Below are positions 58,401-64,000 of a stretch of 64,000 nucleotides of DNA, piece by piece. The position numbers were made by a program, and so were the translations under genes. The stretch is from Histomonas meleagridis 2922-C6/04-290x. Its lineage: Eukaryota; Protista; Parabasalia. Position 1 is the first letter of the stretch. Each line of letters opens with the position of its first letter. Where the stretch lies: assembly GCA_020184695.1 (NCBI GenBank), contig JAANOX010000046.1:1-64000 (forward strand), given 5' to 3'. The notes under the pieces are model-generated. The model worked only from the letters and a program-made list of their open reading frames with translations, searched no databases and was not told where the DNA came from.

Positions 58401-61333
58401 GACTTGATGAAGGTGCATTTGAAGGATGTTCAAATATTGTTAAGATGGAAATACCTGAAACAATTACAATTATTGATATGGATTCATTTCATTCATGTTC
58501 TAATTTAGAAACAATTACATTTACAAACAAATTAAGTACGATTGGAAAACATGCATTCCAAAATTGTATTAAATTAAAATCTGTATCAATACCATCATTA
58601 ATTAAGATTGTTGATTCATATGTATTTTATGGGTGTCATAGCTTAGAATCAATTACTTTTACATGTGAAAACTTCCAAACAATTGGTGATTCTGCATTTT
58701 ATGATTGTATTAAACTTTCAAATATTCAAATTCCTTCGACTTTAACAACATTTGGTGACAATGCATTTGGAAATTGTATTTCAATTAAATCAATTACTAC
58801 TTCAGCAAGTTTGAGATATGTTGGAGCTAACGCATTTTCTAATTGTTCTAGCATGGAAACCTTTACATTCCACGATGATGTTAATGTAATTCTTGAAAGT
58901 TATATATTTTGTTATTGTAAACAATTAAAATCTATTAAAATTCCAAAAGAAATACAAAAAATTTATTCATACACATTTTATGAATGTTCAAGCTTAAGTA
59001 CAGTTACTTTTACAGATAAGTCATTAACAGAAATTCAACAATATGCATTCGCACATTGTACATCACTTTCTAGTATACAAATTCCATCAACTGTATATCT
59101 TTTATGCGAAGGTGCATTTTGTTATTGTTCTGCACTTAAATCAATTACACTTCCAACAGATTTAGAAGTAATAGAAATGTCTGTATTTGCTGAATGTACG
59201 CAATTACAAGATATTGTATTTAATGAAAAACTTACACTTATTTCAGCAAATACATTCCTTCATTGTACTTCACTCAAAACAATTACCCTTATAGACAACT
59301 TGAAGACTATTGAATCATATGCATTTTATAATTGCACAGCATTAGAAAAAATTGTAATTCCAGCATCAGTTGAAACTATTGGCTCAGGAATTGTTATTGG
59401 ATGTACATCACTTGCTTCAATTGAAGTCAATGCAAATAATAAGAATTATTCCAATTATGAAAATGATGGTGTTTTATATGATAAATCATTTACTAAATTA
59501 ATATGTTTGCCACCAAAGAAAACAGGCAGTTATAAGACACCAGCACAAATTACTGACGTTGATAAATATGTATTTTCAGACTCACAATTAACTTCAGTTG
59601 ATTTTTCAGCATCTAAACTTACAAAAATTCTTGATAATTTGTTTGAAGATTGTGGTAAATTACAAAGTGTTACATTTTGTGATACAATTAGAACAATTGG
59701 ATCTTATGCATTTTCTAACTGTGTTTCCTTAACATCAATGACAATTACACAAAATGTTGAAACAATAGGTCATTATGCATTTAATTCATGTACTAATTTA
59801 GCATCAGTTTCAATTCCTTCTAAAGTACAAACAATTAATTCACATTTATTTTATAAGTGTGAAAAATTAGCTAAAATTACTTTAGGTTCAGAAGGACAAT
59901 TGACTACAATTAATGAATATGCATTTGCTGAATGTAATTCTTTAGAATTAGAACTTAAAGGAAATATTGAAACAATTGGTGACTATGCATTTTATAAATG
60001 TTCTAAATTAAAGTCAATTTCATTCTCATCGAAACTTCAATATATTAATTCGCATGTATTTTATGAATGTAAAAGTTTAGAAACAATTAATTTACCTGAA
60101 GGAGAATTAACAACAATTTATGATTATGCATTTTATGAATGTGTTTCACTTCAATCAATTGTATTTCCATCAAAGTTAAAGACAATTAATGGTGATGCAT
60201 TTTTCAATTGTAAGAAACTTAATGTTACATTTAACAATAACTTAGAAACAATTGGTGACAATGCATTTTATCAATGCGTTTCAATTGGTTCAATACAACT
60301 TCCAGCAAAATTACAAACAATTGGAGAATTTGCATTTTTCGGATGTGATAACTTAAAAGTCACATTTAATGAAAACCTTACAACAATTGGTATATATGGA
60401 TTTGCAAGTTGCATATCATTAGTTACAGTTAAACTTTCAACAAGTCTCAAAACTATTGATTCATTTGCATTTTATAATTGTACCAATTTATTAACAATCG
60501 AAATTCCTTCATCAGTACAAAGTATTGGAAAACGTCTTTTCGTTTCATGTGGAAAACTTACATCAATTGAAGTCGATGCATCGAATCCATATTATGCAAA
60601 CTATCAAAATGATAAAGTATTATATGATAAGAACTTAACAAAATTACTTGCATTCCCAGCAAATAAAACAGGTTATTACCAATCGCCTCCACAACTTAGT
60701 TACATTGATGAATATGCATTCTATGAAACAAAAATTAATTCTATTAATTTATCATTATCTAAAGTCGATACAATTCGTCAAGATTTATTCGAATATTGTA
60801 GCACATTACAAAACATTATACTTTGTGAAACAATTAAATCAATTGGATCATCAGCATTCTCTAAATGTACTTCATTACAATCAATTGACATACCAAATGC
60901 TACAGAAACAATTGGCGTTGACGCATTTTCACATTGCACATCTTTAGTCACTGTAACATTAGGATCCGGATTAAAGAACATTAGTTCAAAAGCATTTCAT
61001 AACTGTTCGTCACTTCAGTGCATTTATTACTATGGCGCTAAGCAGCCAGCATTTAAGTCTGACTCGTTCTCTAACATATCAACAACAACTGCATACGTCG
61101 ATACAACTTATAACGGAACAACATTCTGCGGACTAAATGCAGTAGTCGGACTCAGCACTGTATGTCCAGCTGGACCGAAATCCAACTCAAAGACATTGGT
61201 GATAATACTCGGAGTGACAATACCTGTGGTGGTGATAGTGATCGTCGTGGTGATCATTGTAGTGGTAATGAAGAAGAGGAAAGGAAACAAGGCAGGATTC
61301 AGCGAGTTTACATCGCCGACACCTCAAATTTAA
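55496..61333 (+). CDS. BspA: BspA-like (TpLRR/LRR_5) surface protein, 1945 aa
   Basis: Signal peptide; dozens of 22-23-aa xCxxLxxIxIPxxVxxIxxxAF repeats; three N..D.VLY inserts; TM helix and short basic tail. Internal 69-aa duplication near 57533/57740. Confidence 0.95.
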   Translation: MLVLLGLLALIKCVANTAFVDGTLTIDDEKTIIEGDYVQFKEVTKHLKIQPPATMVGDNAFSSWYYLETVEIGDTVQSIGEHAFSSCQSLTKLTIGPNVSQIGSYSFEYTYVTDLTINTNKMALEDITTHLSSDLKTCTLCSDITKIGDNAFLNCYKLETITTQGKITSYGKRSFSGCTNLASIAFPETLETIDIGCFYGCHNLVSASIPKNVRVLGGSAFYGCYKIEQIEVPDTINSINAQTFAHCISLREVKLPSTITSIGEYAFTNCSTLMSITIPDAVTTIQSYAFSYCLNMVIVQLGKELTSIQNYAFLYCLSLKSITFLEKLETVGSASFQHCESLQTVKCGEKVRVIYDSAFSNCYDLTTVTLDKALETISNLAFEYCVSLTTITIPSSVTSIKSYNVFWQCHKLETVNVEEGNTHYSNNENDGVLYEKTGDELTKIMYYPMGNKRNTFKVIDSVTAIGLYSFYNTTYLQTVNGLLKVTEIENNAFEHCSALNNFEFSDEIQTINDYAFHLSGLQTVKFGNNLQKITNYVFYQCGEISSLTFNDAITYIGTYGFAECTKLQSLTLPNSVTSIGTHVFESCTSLKSITIGLKLQTISDYAFSKCSGLNNIVNLGFNLITIGNNAFSECTSIQTVDIPANVTKIGNFAFANCSSLTKLNYGTLMNSFGDYAFYNCLGFIENSLPENTKEIGTHIYEHCEKMTKFTLPKTVTTISAYAFAHCYSLQTLVTEENLDLINNYAFYYCLGLIETSIPKNTKAIGTHIYEHCEKMTKCQIPSSITVINDYTFAYCYALQSVTDESNIVKIGSYAFLSCGFSTFNILETVTDIGSYSFFYCNNLETITIPKSVKTIETGAFSNCTKLGDVTLDTELTTIGDSVFENCQSLSKIIITSKVTSIGKRAFCYCNALQTIEIPDNVLTIDEYIFANCIGLTTAKIGNNIQNVPSYGFYRCTSLNQITFGTKVSRLDEGAFEGCSNIVKMEIPETITIIDMDSFHSCSNLETITFTNKLSTIGKHAFQNCIKLKSVSIPSLIKIVDSYVFYGCHSLESITFTCENFQTIGDSAFYDCIKLSNIQIPSTLTTFGDNAFGNCISIKSITTSASLRYVGANAFSNCSSMETFTFHDDVNVILESYIFCYCKQLKSIKIPKEIQKIYSYTFYECSSLSTVTFTDKSLTEIQQYAFAHCTSLSSIQIPSTVYLLCEGAFCYCSALKSITLPTDLEVIEMSVFAECTQLQDIVFNEKLTLISANTFLHCTSLKTITLIDNLKTIESYAFYNCTALEKIVIPASVETIGSGIVIGCTSLASIEVNANNKNYSNYENDGVLYDKSFTKLICLPPKKTGSYKTPAQITDVDKYVFSDSQLTSVDFSASKLTKILDNLFEDCGKLQSVTFCDTIRTIGSYAFSNCVSLTSMTITQNVETIGHYAFNSCTNLASVSIPSKVQTINSHLFYKCEKLAKITLGSEGQLTTINEYAFAECNSLELELKGNIETIGDYAFYKCSKLKSISFSSKLQYINSHVFYECKSLETINLPEGELTTIYDYAFYECVSLQSIVFPSKLKTINGDAFFNCKKLNVTFNNNLETIGDNAFYQCVSIGSIQLPAKLQTIGEFAFFGCDNLKVTFNENLTTIGIYGFASCISLVTVKLSTSLKTIDSFAFYNCTNLLTIEIPSSVQSIGKRLFVSCGKLTSIEVDASNPYYANYQNDKVLYDKNLTKLLAFPANKTGYYQSPPQLSYIDEYAFYETKINSINLSLSKVDTIRQDLFEYCSTLQNIILCETIKSIGSSAFSKCTSLQSIDIPNATETIGVDAFSHCTSLVTVTLGSGLKNISSKAFHNCSSLQCIYYYGAKQPAFKSDSFSNISTTTAYVDTTYNGTTFCGLNAVVGLSTVCPAGPKSNSKTLVIILGVTIPVVVIVIVVVIIVVVMKKRKGNKAGFSEFTSPTPQI

Positions 61334-61540
61334 ATAGTGAACATTAATAAATGGTCAGACCATTGAAATTTGAATGTTACGAATAACGATTTTGTATGAG
61401 AATTAACAAAAAGTGAACTTTATCACATCATTAAAAGTAAGTGCGTAAACATTACAAAAAGTCATAGTGTAAATGAATCAAAAAGTTGCAGAGGACGTTT
61501 ACTTCTCACCACTGAAGTGTATGTAAGGTGAGACACAAAA

Positions 61541-61695
61541 AAATGAAAATTTCTTGTCAAAAAAATAATTTTCGAAATTTTTGATCTTAATAAAAAATAT
61601 TATGATTTCTCAATTTTAACATAAAAATTATGCCATTTGCCATACTTTTCGAGGAGAATATGCTGTGCCTAGTCACGCCAATGGGAATGTGTAGT
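61541..61695 (-). repeat. Dispersed repeat copy B (inner part matches 55064-55119; outer part matches 6747-6844)
   Basis: Two pairwise alignments done by eye, as described for the partner copies. Confidence 0.8.
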
Positions 61696-62457
61696 TATTA
61701 AGATATAAAATTGCTATTGAACAAACAAAAATACCGAATGACGTACCGACTCAATGTTCTATGTTATAGCCTATAGTGACTTAATGGAAATCATTTTAAG
61801 TCAAGGTCATTTCACTACATGGTGTGATGCATCATAAAATTTTTATAAAAATATTGATTTCCCTTGGAAATTTTTATAAAAAAGGAAGCTACAGTGGAAA
61901 AAATGGTTTTAATGATCGAAACTGTACTTAGAATTGTGACATCTTTAAGTTGAAAACAATTTTAAAATCTATATTAAAACATAAAAGTCAACTCTTATTA
62001 CCATACATCAACATTGAAACGGATATCAAAAAAAAAAATGTGAGATCCCAAAATGAAAACAACGTTTTTTAAATGGTTCATGATATTCATCAACATTTTA
62101 ATAATGTACATATTTACCACCATCATCACCATTGTTTTCTGGTTTAAGACATTGAATTTTTTTATATGCAGTTTCATCATAATCTTGATTGAGGATTTCA
62201 CCTAAAAAAACTTAAAGGTTCATTACGAGCAATTTCATATACTTTTGGGCTTTGTTTACAATATCTGAATATATGTAAAAGACATGTTGTGAACACAAAC
62301 TTGAAGAGTTACATTTAATGGATTTTTTTGAACCAAAAAGGTGCCGAGCTACGATCAAAACGCACAGAATCTATGATGATAAACTATACAAAAAAGTTAT
62401 AACAAGCTTATTACGATACATTTTGACATGTGAAATAAAATATCATGTGAAATCAAC

Positions 62458-64000
62458 ATGGAAAAAAGGAAAAATAAAAAAATTCAAAATGAATGGGAAA
62501 GACTCACATCATTAAAGCAACTAATTTTTGCATTGTGTAAAGAAAATATTATTCAGTCATCAAGTTTGATAATGAACAAATTTGTTGATGAATATCCATT
62601 TTCTTATAATCTAATTATTAGTCAGATGATATATGCATTTCCTATCACGATGATGAATGATATTGATCTATATTTAAATTTAATAAAAGAAATTGAAACA
62701 TTTGAGGAAAATGGCAAATGCAAATCAAAATTTATAGATGTGTTTAAAGATTTTCTTTTAAGCAAAGACACCCAAGAATCTAGTTATATTCTCGAGAATA
62801 TGGTTAAGAAAAAATTTATTGAACTCAATCATTCACAAGTTTTACATAATTTATATTTCGCTCATTATGTTACAGAAGAAGAACTCAAAATTTATTTTTT
62901 TGATATGTGTATGAATGAAGTTCAAAAAAACTTTTTTGATAATTATGATGAACTTTCAAAGAATAACTGGAAACTTCATAAGAAATTAATTGAAGAAGGA
63001 CATAATCCAAATAAAATTTTGAAAATAATTCGAAATGATGAAATCGAAAAATTTCAAAAAATTTCATCCCAAACAAATTTTAATATTGATCAAGAAGTGG
63101 TGCCATCACTTTATGAAAGATGTTCATTTATTAATCAGTATGGTGTGAAGCTTATTGATTATGCAGCATTTTTTGGATCTATTAAATGTTTTAAATATTT
63201 ATTGTTAAATGGAGCTAATTTAAGTAATACAAGTAAATATGCAATTGCAAGTGGAAATCTTGAAATTATTCATATATGTGAACAAAATAATTCTTCATTT
63301 AAAGATGCATATGAAACAGCAATTAAATTTCATAAAAATGATATCTTTAAATATATTTATGAAAATAAATTAGAAAAAATCAATTTAGAAGAAATAGGAA
63401 TTAAATGTATTCTATATCATAACTATGAAATATTTTCATTTTTACTTGAAGAAGGAATGGAAATTCATGATTCTATTATTAATGAATCTGCAAAAATTGG
63501 AAATATATTTCTTCTAAAGCATTTTCTTAATGAATATCATATTCCAAATGATATTTTAATTTTCTCTGTAGAATCTGGAAATATCGAACTTGTTCAATAT
63601 GTTCTTGAACAAAAAGATGTAGATATTAACACTAAAGGCGTTTATTTGCTTTGTTTAATTTTTAATTTTTATTTGTAATGTTTATTTTATTAATTTACTT
63701 CAAAATAATATTTGGAAATAATATAAATTATTTTGGACATCACTTATCCTTGCATCAATAAATAATTACATAGAAATTGTTAAATTACTTCTGAAACAAG
63801 ATGGAATTGATATTAATGTTAAGGATTTTTATTAATTTTGTTTGATGTTTATTTAAATAATTGAAAATTTAAAAATATAATTTGGAAATTTTTTTAAACA
63901 TTTAGAACAGCACTAATATATGCATCGCTATATGGTTGCACCGAAATAATTGAATTACTTCTTAAACAAAACGAAATTGATATTAATACTAAAGATATTT
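62458..64000 (+). CDS. DUF3447-type ankyrin protein, locus 3 (ORF to 63678, then interrupted ankyrin units running off the window end)
   Basis: Same N-terminal domain. Units start at 63737 and 63907; spacers of 100 and 83 nt; a third spacer starts at 63994. Confidence 0.8.

Noticed and set aside
61998-62201. Coding-like minus-strand fragment
   Set aside because: It is short, interrupted by stops in the more plausible frame, and matches no family I recognise.
1-64000. tRNA, rRNA or snRNA genes
   Set aside because: No cloverleaf or conserved rRNA/snRNA motif was recognised by eye; a covariance-model scan would be needed to exclude them.

Overview
AT-rich eukaryotic DNA, most likely a parabasalid (trichomonad). 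This is inferred from BspA-type LRR surface proteins, DUF3447-type ankyrin genes, TCA(C/T)T initiator-like motifs just upstream of ATGs, and long uninterrupted genes. Bases 1-8000 are a transposon graveyard: a Maverick/Polinton-like relic with an rve-type integrase and a phage-like fibre gene, a 74-bp hairpin, a TA-flanked MITE and a Tc1 fragment. The rest holds housekeeping genes (ABCD-like transporter, prolidase, Rho-like GTPase, nitroreductase, RCC1, BEACH, SENP8-like, CYRI/FAM49, SCY1-like, HECT E3), BspA genes and fragments, and three DUF3447-ankyrin loci. Main finding: in all three ankyrin loci, every ankyrin repeat is broken at the beta-hairpin by an apparently non-coding, stop-containing spacer. 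Each spacer resolves into single codons separated by 17-nt AT-rich elements. Removing the 17-mers restores canonical D-x-x-G-x-T hairpins (DNDGYTAL, SKDGWTAL, NKNGETPL, DDKGRTAL) and one open frame. I count 70 such elements and 54 isolated codons, none of them a stop, and there are no GT-AG ends. The pattern is read directly from the sequence; the removal mechanism is unknown, and I cannot check whether it has been described before.
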